A stretch of 64,000 nucleotides of DNA from positions 327,360,001 to 327,424,000 of the forward strand of contig NW_027362768.1 in NCBI RefSeq assembly GCF_046119375.1, given 5' to 3'. This document shows, piece by piece, positions 1 to 10,370 of the stretch (its first letter is position 1; every line of letters begins with the position of its first letter). Position numbers and translations under genes: made by a program. The notes beneath the pieces are model-generated. The model worked only from the letters and a program-made list of their open reading frames with translations, was not told where the DNA came from and searched no databases. The stretch is from Phyllobates terribilis. Taxonomy: Eukaryota.

Positions 1-1367
1 TATCAACATGGATTCATGAGGGATCGCTCCTGCCAAACAAACCTGATCGCCTTCTACGAGGAGGTGAGCTCACAGCTGGACCGGGGAGAGTCAGTGGATG
101 TTGTATACCTTGACTTCTCCAAAGCGTTTGATACCGTGCCACACAAAAGGTTGGTATATAAAATGAGAATGCTTGGTCTGGGGGATAATGTGTGCAAGTG
201 GGTAAAAGCAGAGGGTGGTTATCAATGGAGTAAGCTCAGGGGGTGTCAGGGTTACTAGCGGGGTGCCTCAAGGGTCTGTCTTGGGCCCTATATTATTTAA
301 TATATTTATTAATGATCTAGTGGAAGGGTTGCATAGTAAAATAGCAATATTTGCAGATGATACTAAACTTTGTAAAGTAGTTAATACAGATGAGGATAGG
401 GCACAGCTACAGGAGGATTTAGATAAATTGGGGAGTTGGGCCAAAAAATGGCAAATGGGGTTCAATGCCGATAAATGTAAGGTCATGCACATGGGAAAGA
501 AAAACAGCACTCACCCATACATATTAAATGGGAAACCGTTGGGGAAATCTGACATGGAGAAGGACCTGGGCGTCTTGGTTAATAGCAAATTAAATTGGAG
601 TGCCCAGTGTCAGGCAGCAGCTGCGAAGGCAAATAGAGTCATGGCATGCATCAGAAGAGGAATAGGGGCATATGATGAGAACATTGTTCTTCCTCTGTAT
701 AAAGCGCTGGTAAGGCCGCACTTAGAATATTGTGCACAGTTCTGGGCTCCGGTGCTCAGGAAAGACATATTGGAGCTAGAGAGGGTACAAAGGAGGGCGA
801 CTAAGGTAATAAAGGGAATGGAGGGACTAGAATACCCAGAGAGGTTGTCAAAATTAGGCCTATTTACGTTGGAAAAGAGAAAGCTTAGGGGAGACCTCAT
901 AAACATGTATAAATACATCAGGGGGCAGTACAGAGATCTCTCCCATGACCTGTTTATACCAAGGATGGTGACAAAGACGAGGGGGCACACTATGCGTCTG
1001 GAGGAAAGGAGGTTCCTGCACCAGCATAGAAGGGGATTCTTTACGGTCAGAGCCGTGAGACTCGAACTCTCTGGGAGAGGAAGTGGTGATGTCCAACTCA
1101 CTTAATGAGTTCAAGAGAGGCCTGGACGCCTTTCTTGAGAACAATAAAATTACATCTTATGCTTAGTGATAGTTAATTAATCCAGATTGGTGTCGGGAAG
1201 TGAATTTTTCCACAATGATGTAAATTGGCCTATACCGCATGGTTTTTGTTTTTTTTTTGCCTTCCCCTGGATCAACGCTGCGGAATAGCTGCAGTGCACA
1301 AGAAATAGGCTGAACTGGATAGACGCTTGTCTTTTTTCGGCCTTATAAACTATGTAACTATGTAACT
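1..1367 (+). mobile_element. CR1-clade LINE, 3' part (RT ORF2 C-terminus, 3' UTR and AACTATGT tail), frameshifted and truncated by the window start
   Basis: ORFs 16-258 and 215-1105 carry RT motifs (YLDFSKAFDTVPH, SGVPQGSVLGPILF, FADD, EKDLGV, RPHLEYC, LERVQRRAT). There is a small deletion/frameshift near 200-215 and a frameshift near 1063, after which NSLGEEVVMSNSLNEFKRGLDAFL continues in another frame. The element ends in tandem AACTATGT at ~1347-1367. Confidence 0.95.
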
Positions 1368-1660
1368 TGAGATATTAACAATTCTCTTGTTTACATCTCG
1401 TTGCCTTGGAGTCCGACCACTGCTGCTAGAAAGCAGGACATGGGCAGCGCTCGCAAACTCTTTCCTATTTGGCTTGTAAGGACGGCCATGAAGCTGGGGA
1501 GGAGCGCTGTTACCTCCTGATCCCGGCCAACTTCAGGACGTCGCTTACAAGCTAGACTGCAGCAGTGGTCGGTCTCCTAGGCAACGAGCTATACATTTTA
1601 ATAAGTAGTTTCTACAAGAGTAATCCGACAATCTCTATCTCTGCAGATGGGAGTAACACT
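1368..1660. mobile_element. Partial TTAA-type MITE interrupted by the CR1; same family as 50730-51176
   Basis: Internal inverted repeat TCGTTGCCTTGGAGTCCGACCAC (~1398) / GTGGTCGGTCTCCTAGGCAACGA (~1565). Colinear with the copy at 50829-51150 from TGAGATATTAACA onward. Confidence 0.7.
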
Positions 1661-1944
1661 TTCCTGCATGTCTGACGAGTAAATACCGCACCATGGCGGA
1701 CAGGCGTGTAGCGAGGAGCTGTACCGCCACCATCACCTATGGGATTGGCTGTGTCCACCCTGTCATCAGGCGGTAGACATGCTGTTACATATACCGTGTA
1801 GTTTACGGCCGCACACAAGGCTCATGCTTTCTAGGTGTTTGATCCCTTTACTACACTAGTCGCCGTATAACCCTAGCCTTGTGTGTGTGTGTGAGATCAT
1901 AGCATCATAAAACCACAGCAATTTGCACCCCCCCCCCCCCCAAC

Positions 1945-2094
1945 CTACTGTCTCCTTCCCTACCATCCTGTAGAATGTAAGCCCACAAGGGCAGGGTCCT
2001 CTTCCCTCTGTACCAGTCTATCATTGTTAGTTTGGTTACCGTAAGTGATCTCTGTATTTGGTATGTAACCAATGGTGCTATATAAATAAATAAT
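1945..2094 (+). mobile_element. L2/MIR-like 3' tail fragment
   Basis: TAGAATGTAAGC...GGGCAGGGTCC...GGTGCTATATAAATAAATAAT resembles the recalled L2-derived 3' end shared by many vertebrate LINEs and SINEs. Confidence 0.6.
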
Positions 2095-2129
2095 AGCACA
2101 AGTTCCCTATTGTGAACAAGCCCTTTAAC

Positions 2130-2205
2130 AGCCCGGTGTCACGTGGTGTGCGCTCCCCGCAGGGAGGAGCGCTGTTGGTGGCTGCTGCCAGCAGAGGGCG
2201 CTGCG
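2130..2205 (+). promoter_or_regulatory. PDE12 CpG-rich proximal promoter/5' UTR with an E-box and a CTCF-consensus motif
   Basis: GTCACGTG at 2138-2145 and TGCCAGCAGAGGGCGCTG at 2186-2203, at the start of a CpG-rich island that extends through exon 1. Confidence 0.6.
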
Positions 2206-3381
2206 ATGAGCGGCTTCTCGGGCCGGCTGGTTGGCGGCGTGCTCAGGCTCCTAGGCCGGGCGGGCAGCATGGAGAAGGCGGTGGTGAGGGCCGTCCCGTC
2301 CGAGGACAAGCTCAGCATCTCCCTCACCCTGTCCGGCTCCCAGCGGCAGTTGCAGAGGGATCAGACGGAGCCGCTGAGCAGAGCCCTGGCCCGGATCTCC
2401 GCCAGCGCCACCAAGACCAAGAAGCGCAAGGAACCTCCGGCTCCGGGGCCTCCGGTCCGGCTCTTCTACCGGGGACAGCCGGTGTGTGAGGCCGCCACCA
2501 ACGCCGAGGCCTGGCAGGATGGCGCGGAGCTGCTGGTGGGGAACGTGCTGTACCGGGTGGAGAGGAACCCGCCGCTCTGCCAGGAGCTGGCTCTGCCCCG
2601 GCACGTCATGGCCGGCTTCCCCGTGTGTCCGCGCCTGCGGCTGGAGTTCTCCGACCCCGAGCACTCGCTCTTCAGCTGGTACAGGCAGCAGCAGGCCCGG
2701 AGCGGAGCCGGGGACTCTCCTGGGAGCCCTGCCGGGCAGCAGTGGGAGGAGGCCGGCCAGGAGCGAGTCTTCACCCCGGCCGTCGGGGACATCGGGCTGC
2801 GGCTAAAGGTGCGCTGTACACCCGGGGACGGGCAGAGGCTCGGGGAGAGCCGGGAGCTGGAGGTGGCGGGCCCGGTGGAGGCCGGACCCGGGGCCTGCAC
2901 GTTCGATGAGCGGCACCTGTACACGCAGCGGCTGACGGAGGAGCCGGTGATCCGGGCCGTCTCCTACAACCTGCTGGCCGATGTGTACGCGCAGACCGAG
3001 CACGCCCGCACCGTGCTCTTCCCCTACTGCGCCCCCTACGCCCTGGAGCTGGAGTACCGCCACTGCCTGCTCCGCAAGGAGCTGAGCGGATACCGCGCCG
3101 ACCTGCTGTGCCTGCAGGAGGTGGACCGCACCGTCTTCTCCGACAGCCTGGCCCCGGCACTGGAGGCCTTCGGGCTGGACGGAATCTTCCGCCTCAAGGA
3201 CAAGCAGCACGAAGGCCTAGCGACCTTCTACCGCCGGAGCCGCTACCGGCTGTGCAGCCAGCACGACATCCTGCTGGGGGAAGCGCTGACCGGGGACCCG
3301 CTGCACCAGGAGATGCTGGAGCGCCTGTCCTGCTACTCGGCCGCCAAGGAGAAGATGCTGCAACGATCCTCCGCCCTGCAG
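2206..3381 (+). CDS. PDE12: 2',5'-phosphodiesterase 12, coding exon 1 (392 codons)
   Basis: ATG at 2206. Recognisable PDE12 motifs MEKAVVRAVPSEDKL, GPGACTFDERHLYT, SYNLLADVYAQTE, GYRADLLCLQEVD, KQHEGLATFYRRSRY. Donor CAG|GTGAGC, phase 0. Confidence 0.96.
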
Positions 3382-3899
3382 GTGAGCGGGGACTGTACCA
3401 GCTGTTATATACCTCCAAGGAGTTTTCAAAACCGACCAATTACATTCCGGTTTTCATTGCCTTGAAGTCTATGGAATGAAAGCTGTGATCTGATTGGTCA
3501 AAAGCTCCAAACGGACACAAAAAAAAAACAATAACATTTTGGCTTTCATTACTATGAAGGCCAAAGAATGAATAAACCCTCATCTGATTGGTTGTACCAT
3601 ATTTTTGTCCAATCATATTCATTACTGTGCAATAATAGCTGCTATCTGATTGGTTGCTATGGGCAAACATGAATAGCTGATACAAAATGGAATTGTTACC
3701 CCTAGCAACGGAGTCCTTTGCTTCTTTCAGTCCTCTGTGATAAAGTAGATTAAGGCAATATTCTTTGTTTTGCACTAGTTTTAATAAATCTCACCTTCCA
3801 AAATCGATCCTAGATATTGGGCCTCTCAAGCTGTCATTGACGGCGTCCACGACGCTGGTGTCACCATTGTGAATTTCAAAAATACCTCCAAATGTGACT

Positions 3900-4190
3900 A
3901 TCGGGAGAAAATGACTTATTACCTTCTGGGAGCTGTTGGTTTTCAGTCATGGGGGCATGCATGGAGCGATTGCAGACACCCTTCACTATAGCACGCCCCG
4001 GCTCTGTATAGATGTGCTACAGAACCAGCTGTCAATCAAAGATTTGGGGCGTTCTTACTGCTGCTGCTCACAAACTAGTGAGCGATGACTAATCACTCCA
4101 TGCATGCCCCCCATGACCGAAAGCCGACGGTCCCCATGACTGAAAGCCAACGGCTTCGGGATGAAAGAAGTTAATTTTCTCCCTGTAGCT
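3900..4190. mobile_element. Palindromic MITE in PDE12 intron 1
   Basis: Inverted pairs GGGAGAAAATGACTT / AAGTTAATTTTCTCCC and TTGGTTTTCAGTCATGGGG / CCCCATGACTGAAAGCCAA. Confidence 0.6.
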
Positions 4191-4284
4191 CGTACTCTCA
4201 TCAGTTAGCCAAAGTTGAGTGGATATAAAACCATCCCTCTCTCCGGAGGACCTGCTGCATCTGCCCATTACGCAGACATCTCAT

Positions 4285-4442
4285 TGGTGGAATGGACAGC
4301 GGCTGCCGGCGTCCCCCCACCCAATGGACAGGGGCTGCCGGCGCCCCCGCCCGCCCACCCAATGGACAGGGGCTGCCGGCCCCACCCAATGGACAGGCGC
4401 TGCCGGCTCCCCCACCCAATGGACAGGCGCTGCCGGGGTCCC
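4285..4442. repeat. GC-rich minisatellite, ~5 imperfect copies of CCCACCCAATGGACAGGGGCTGCCGGC
   Basis: Direct repeats of AATGGACAG at about 4288, 4323, 4361, 4388 and 4418. Confidence 0.85.
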
Positions 4443-4572
4443 CCACACGTGACCATTCGGGGTGCCGGCAGCTGCATACTTTACCAACAGCTTTTCACTG
4501 GGGGCCCTTCTACCAAAGCCCAAATGATAATCCATAAATTGAATGTATTGATTTTCTAAAACCGTTCACTAA

Positions 4573-5146
4573 GGCCCCGATTCATTATTGCATTTGCGCT
4601 TTTGACTAGTTTTTAATATTTTTTCTCGTTTTTTTCATCTGCTTTTTCTTATTCTGCTTTTAATTCGCACTTTTTTTAGAGTCTTTTTTTTCTGCGTTTG
4701 CCTATTTTAGTTCATGTTGACCATTGTGGCCGGATGTTTTCAGCTGATTCATCAATTGCAACTTGCTTTTTTTTTTTCTTTTATAAAAAAAAAAAGCAAC
4801 ATTTTTGCACAAATGTTCTCCAGTTTTTCCCCCTCAGGTGATTTTTTTTTTTTTTTTTAATTTATTTTTTTCTTTTTGTACCCCTGCAAATTTTTCATGC
4901 ATCTTAGCTAAACTTGACTTTTTTTGCGTCTAAAAAGTAAAAAAAAAAAAAAAAAGTAAATATCAAAGCAGTTTTGATTTCATGCAAAATTCCTGAACCG
5001 CTCTCATGTTCAACCTTTCTCCACCAATTCTACATGTTTTGATGAATTTGTTGCAAGAAAACGGCATTGAATACTACGAGACAAAAAAAAAGAAAAGAAA
5101 AAATACTTTATAAAAAAAACAAAAATGCAAATGATGAATCTGGGCC
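4573..5146. mobile_element. PIF/Harbinger-type MITE
   Basis: TAA|GGCCCCGATTCATTA ... TGATGAATCTGGGCC|TAA: terminal inverted repeats (TIRs) with a 3-bp TAA duplication and a T-rich/A-rich palindromic interior. Confidence 0.8.
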
Positions 5147-5185
5147 TAAATAAATGTTCCATTATTCTTATGTCGTTTTCTCTAG

Positions 5186-5264
5186 GTGTCCGTCCTCGAG
5201 TCCACAGCTGATCCTTCTAGAAAAATCTGTGTGGCCAACACTCATCTTTACTTCCACCCAAAAG
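5186..5264 (+). CDS. PDE12: PDE12 coding exon 2 (79 nt; VSVLESTADPSRKICVANTHLYFHPK)
   Basis: TTTTCTCTAG acceptor, AAAG|GTGAGC donor, phase 0 to 1, EEP-domain ANTHL motif. Confidence 0.95.
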
Positions 5265-5639
5265 GTGAGCAAACATGCGCTCTTCTCTCTAAGGACGAGC
5301 GCTCGCCGCTTCTTCCATCTTTGTTTTCTTTACTTCCACCCAAAAGGTGAGCGCTCGCCGCTTCTTCCATCTTGGTTTTCGGTGGCCTTAACTCTTTATA
5401 GAACTCCTTACTGAAGGCCTCCATTCACATTCAGCAACCCGCTGACAGTATCTCGTGTGAAATGGATATGGACCTAGTTCCATGGTAACGTCCATGTTCA
5501 GGTTGGCCAATACGTCTTCTCCATGGACAGGATAAGCTCCTCTGGTTCCTCATGAGACCTCACTATAGATTGTGGATGGATTTTGGGATTTCCAGCTATT
5601 TTATCCAGATTTATCTATTTATTTTTTTCTTTTTTCCAG

Positions 5640-6082
5640 GTGGTAACATCCGATTACTGCAAATAGCGGTTGCGTTAGCTCACATTCGACACGTGGCATA
5701 CGAACTATACCCCGGCATTCCCATCATATTCTGTGGAGACTTTAATAGCACCCCTTCCACTGGCATGTACGGTTTTGTCAGGGATGGGACCATCTCGGAG
5801 AACCACGAAGACTGGACGTCTAACGGAGAGGAGGAACGCTGCAACATGTCTCTCAGCCACCCGCTCAAACTGAAGAGCGCCTGCGGGGAGCCCGCCTACA
5901 CCAATTATGTGGGGGGCTTCCATGGCTGCTTAGATTATATATTCATTGACTCTGAAAGTTTAGAAGTGGAACAAGTCATTCCTATGCCAAGTCACGAAGA
6001 AGTGACCAGTCACCAGGCTCTACCCAGCGTGTCCCACCCGTCTGACCACATAGCCCTTATATGCGACCTGCGGTGGAAGTAG
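5640..6082 (+). CDS. PDE12: PDE12 coding exon 3 to stop
   Basis: Polypyrimidine/CCAG acceptor. Catalytic EEP motifs GDFNSTP, LDYIF and PSDH are intact. TAG at 6080-6082. Total CDS 1698 nt = 565 aa plus stop. Confidence 0.96.
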
Positions 6083-6565
6083 GAGCGAGCCATATTTCCA
6101 GATTAGAGTATAAATGTGGTATTTCTATGCTGCTGATACTAACACTGACCATAAAATATCTTCAGTATCTCTATGGGTCTTCCTTCTACAGAAAGGTATC
6201 CTGAAAAAAATCTTATGTATAACGCTGGACGCATCCTTCTGTCCAAAGTTGGGATTGGCAGCGCCTGCGCAGTGTGGTGCCGGAGTCAGCGCATGCACAT
6301 ACCGCACTGCGGCGCCATTTTATTGAAGACACTGTGTATGCGAATTTACAGACACAATGTCTTAAAAAAAAATGGTGCCGGAAATAAACCAATGAAAATG
6401 CTTGCCACCCGGACGTAGAATGGGTTCAGTAGCCAGCCATTTAATAGCCTGGTTACACAGGACAATGTGCCGCCGAGAAGAATGATCTTTTCTGTAGCAC
6501 AAAAGATCATTTCACTCTACGAACGACAGGTGATCGGCAGCTTGTTTAGACTACACAATAAGACC

Positions 6566-6752
6566 ACGTGCACGTTTTGAGGATTTAGTGATTTTTTTTT
6601 ACCTCAGTATTTGTAAGTCAAAACCAGGAGTGGAACAATCAGAGGAAAAGTATAATAGAAACACGTCACCACTTCTGTATTTATCACCCACTCCTGGTTT
6701 TGTCTTAACAAATACTGAGGTAAAAAAACTGACCAAATACTGAACATGGCCT
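6566..6752. mobile_element. Short palindromic MITE
   Basis: TTTTTTTACCTCAGTATTTGT...AAAACCAGGAGTGG pairs with CCACTCCTGGTTTT...ACAAATACTGAGGTAAAAAAA. Confidence 0.7.
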
Positions 6753-8004
6753 AATAGTGCAGTGTAAATGGACCTTTATAGTCAATGTGAAAGAATTGGG
6801 ATTCTAAAAATCAACAAACCCTCCAGTTGTGATGGCAGTAGGTAAGGGTATACTGGCTCAGAGGAATGGCTGGAGATAGGTCTCATGTTTGCTGTAAGTA
6901 GATGCAGATTTGGTTTCTGGCTCCCATTTTTTTGCATATTTAGGACGACCATCTTGTAAACTGATAAGTCATCAATATCGATTGCCGAATGTCTATGAAT
7001 ATGGGTAGAAGCGGTGCACACAGGGTAGTGGTCCGGCATACACGGTACTACATCATTCAAAGTCTATGGAACTGATGGAAAAAGCCAATTGGGGGTCCAG
7101 CCATCACCAATCTTGTGAATCAGGAAACATCAATCATGGGGAAGCCCTCTAAGGACAGCTGCCCGCTCTCTATACTTTTAAGGGACTCTGTCAGCACAGG
7201 ATGACTGTTCAGACTAGGTCTCTGTGCTTCACGGCAGGGCCAGTTAAGAGTGATGGTGAAGATACTTTAGGAAAATAACTGCCTGGTCTGACATCTGGAG
7301 GACTCGTGTGCACATGGCTGAGGTGGGAAATGAAGGGTCTGAATGATTGGGTTTATGATATGGATGGCACGCCAGGTACAGTTCATGCGGTTTTTCTTGT
7401 TTTCCCTCACCTTGAGTTTTGACCAAATGCTAAGAAGAACATAAGGCACCATTAAATGACCATGGTCTCCCCAAACAGAGGAGGATCTCTCAGGGTGTAG
7501 AAAAATCACAACTTTGGTGTTCTTCTAACTGCAGATGATTATTCGTTCTGAGGATCAGTGGCAGCCGCAGGGGTCTGATCCCCCTCCCCGAATGCATGTT
7601 GTAGGGGTATGTCATAAGCGAGAGAAACTCTTTTAGGTTGTGACCACAGTGATTTTTTTTTTTTTTCATGCACACATTTGTGGATTACTGGTATTTGCAA
7701 CGACAGGAGCAGGATCACAATGATCCAGTGCGGTCTAAGGGATACTTCCACCGCGTGCAGCAAAACCGTATTGGCTGCCATCTTGCTGCCTTGTCACAGT
7801 GGAAGGAGAGGCACCCTAGAGGGGGCACAGCTGCTTCATACACTCACCTTCAGCACCATGTCTATCAGATCTGGACGCTTCAGTGTCTGCTATCCGGTCG
7901 CGGCAGAGTATCTGATCCCCTCGTCTGAGACCAGGAGGATAGAGCGGGCACTCCGCGTCTTAGCGCCGCTGACTATCCATCCCTGCAGCTGGTGCAAGTG
8001 TACG

Positions 8005-8220
8005 CGCGGGCCTGCCAAAGAGGTGGCGTCGGCAGACCCGCGCGGGCCTGCCAAAGAGGTGGCGTCGGCAGACCCGCGCGGGCCTGCCAAAGAGGTGGCG
8101 TCGGCAGACCCGCGCGGGCCTGCCAAAGAGGTGGCGTCGGCAGACCCGCGCGGGCCTGCCAAAGAGGTGGCGTCGGCAGACCCGCGCGGGCCTGCCAAAG
8201 AGGTGGCGTCGGCAGACCCG
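8005..8220. repeat. 36-bp tandem repeat, 6 identical copies
   Basis: (CGCGGGCCTGCCAAAGAGGTGGCGTCGGCAGACCCG)x6. Confidence 0.97.
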
Positions 8221-8254
8221 CTGAATTCCCTGATGTGTGGGCTGAGCAGGGGCC

Positions 8255-9120
8255 ATGACTCGCAGTAAGAAGCTAGGGAAGATGAGCAGCCATGCTACCG
8301 CAATACACTCAGAGTACTGCAACCCCCATGAACCAGAAACCTGGAGCAAAGCTGCAGGGGCCCCAACAGGATCCAGATACTTTGCCATGGCACAGGAGGA
8401 GGAGGAAGAGGCCGGATCTTCTGAAATGGATGCATCTACATGTGTGCTCCTGATAGTATTTCCCTAGGGAATCATAGATGGATGTTCTTACTGTGGTCAA
8501 TAAATTTAATACCACACTTACTACGCTGGCAAGCCAGGTGGGCTACTTCCAGGAAACTATCTCCATAATTCATAGACGAGGGTAGAGTCAGTGAGCTGGA
8601 GGATGCTCTCCCAGTCTCCATAGACGTTCAGAACCATACGCAAGCTGTGGCGGCGCTGCTTGCTAAGGTAGACGATTTGGAGACATAATATGCTAGTGCC
8701 GAAAAGGATGGACGGGTGGGATCCCCGACAGTTTTTTTGAAAAATGATTACTAGATACCTTTGGCAAAGAGGTCCTCATTTGCTTGTTCGCGGTGGACAG
8801 ACCCCCCTCAACCCATTCTGATTAAAATCCTCTACTATAAAGACCGGGATATTATACTAAAGGCGGCACAGGAGAAGCAAGACGTTAATCTTGGTGGGCA
8901 AAAGATCCCAGTCTTTCTGGATTTCTCTGTGGAATTCCAACGCAAAGGATCTATGTTCCTGGACATTAATGGGAGTATGAAGGCGCTGGGAATAAAATAT
9001 TCTGTAATTTATCCCGCTAAATAGAAAGTGGCGGCTCTGGGTTCAACTACGTTCTTCGAGTCTCCCAAAGATGCCCTGAGATGGTTGGACACTCATGAGC
9101 GTCAGATCCGGTAGGACGCA
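8255..9120 (+). mobile_element. Degenerate LINE-1 (L1) ORF1p coding relic
   Basis: Frame fragments EGRVSELED...LLAKVDDLET (coiled-coil end) and PILIKILYYKDRDIILKAAQEK...IPVFLDFSVEFQRK...GIKYSVIYPAK match the L1 ORF1 RRM/CTD pattern. Multiple stops and frameshifts. Confidence 0.8.
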
Positions 9121-9294
9121 AGGGCTCAAATTAATATGGACTATGGTGACAGAACTTGACCTTCTGACATAATTAATTAATGCGTTAGCGTTCTCTTTTG
9201 CTCCACAAGACGTTTTTGGTGTAGAAAAAAAAAAATTGTGATTTCTCTTCGTAGTAGTGCAGGAGGGATGCACTGAACTGTTTGGCCACCCTAA

Positions 9295-10152
9295 GGCTAT
9301 GTGCCCACGTAGCAGATTTGATGCAGAGCGTTTTTGCCTCTGGCAGAAAAAACGCATGCAGATTTACATGCATGTAAAAACGCTTCTCTCTGGCAGAAAA
9401 AACGCATTTTTTCAAGCACTTTTACAAGTGATTTTAGCATCACTTGGAAAGTGCTTGACAAGTTGGTCACACAATATAAATCCATGCAACTGGCATGGAT
9501 TTATATTGTGTGACCAACTTAATGCTTTAAATGCTGTATCTATAGTATAAAAAAAAAATTAAAAAGTTAAAAAATGAAGAAAAAAAAAACCTGTATACTC
9601 ACCTCTCCGGTCTCCTCCAGTCTCCTCCTGGCGGCGATCCTGCGATCCTCTCTCCTCGGCGTCCCACGGTGTACTTGCAGGACCTGCGGTGATGTCATTT
9701 AGTCAGCTGAGGGTCACGCGACCATCACCTGACCACTGACAGCAGTCGCCTGACCATCAGCTGATTAAATGACGTCACCGCAGGTCCTGCAAGAACACCG
9801 CGGGACGCCGAGGAGAGAGGACACCGCCAGGAGGAGACCGGAGAGGTGAGTATACAGGTTTTTTTTATTTTTAACTTTTTCTTTTTTCCAGCGCGTGGTA
9901 GCCGGGATGAAGAGGAGTTGTAGTCTCCTCTTCATCCTGGGTACCACACACACCGCGATTACGCTGCAAATTCGCAGCCATTGAATTTAATTGAAACGCA
10001 GCAAATCCACATATACCTGCGGGTTTGCTGCGTTTCAATGTTCCTCAATGGCCGCAAATTTGCAGCGCAATCGTGGTAGAAATGGTCATGCTGCGTTTTG
10101 CAACGCAATGAGAATTTGGTGCGCTAATTAGCGTATCATGTGCACAGCACAT
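9295..10152. mobile_element. Harbinger-type MITE (family of 15990-16827 and 51931-52776)
   Basis: Left end TAA|GGCTATGTGCCCACG. Long internal inverted repeat (9590-9710 vs 9768-9860). The right terminus is degenerate, so the end is approximate. Confidence 0.7.
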
Positions 10153-10364
10153 CCGAATTAACATTGCTTTGCATGGCAGAAGGTTTTACAAGCGTTTCCT
10201 AGGTGTCTATAAGGTCTATATGAGAGACCCGCCATCTATCTGGGCATTGCAGACTCATCAAAAGTAGAGAGGAATTTTTTTTTTTTAGCATAGCAATGAT
10301 TTTTCAGATTCATTAAAAAAATAAAAAATAAAAAAAAACACTACAAAAGAAACTTTTTTGTTAT

Positions 10365-10370
10365 TTTATT
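10365..10370 (-). terminator. ARF4: Probable ARF4 polyadenylation signal (AATAAA), implying a ~1.0-kb 3' UTR
   Basis: TTTATT on the + strand. On the - strand it is followed by a U/GU-rich tract (reverse complement of ~10315-10350). Confidence 0.55.

Noticed and set aside
2112-3479. Overlapping alternative-frame and antisense ORFs over PDE12 exon 1, and the 21-codon extension from 2143
   Set aside because: Expected in very GC-rich coding DNA. The 2112 and 2143 starts are GTG, and the first true ATG in frame is 2206.
5250-5255. Phe in HLYFHPK where I recall Trp in mammalian PDE12
   Set aside because: A conservative aromatic change. All catalytic motifs are intact, and the orthologue state cannot be verified without an alignment.
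6383-6388. AATAAA as the PDE12 poly(A) signal
   Set aside because: It lies in repeat-like sequence with no clear downstream U/GU element and cannot be distinguished from other candidates.
7678-8388. ORFs with RGPAKEVASADP x6
   Set aside because: Product of the 36-bp repeat. Open in multiple frames with no recognisable domain.
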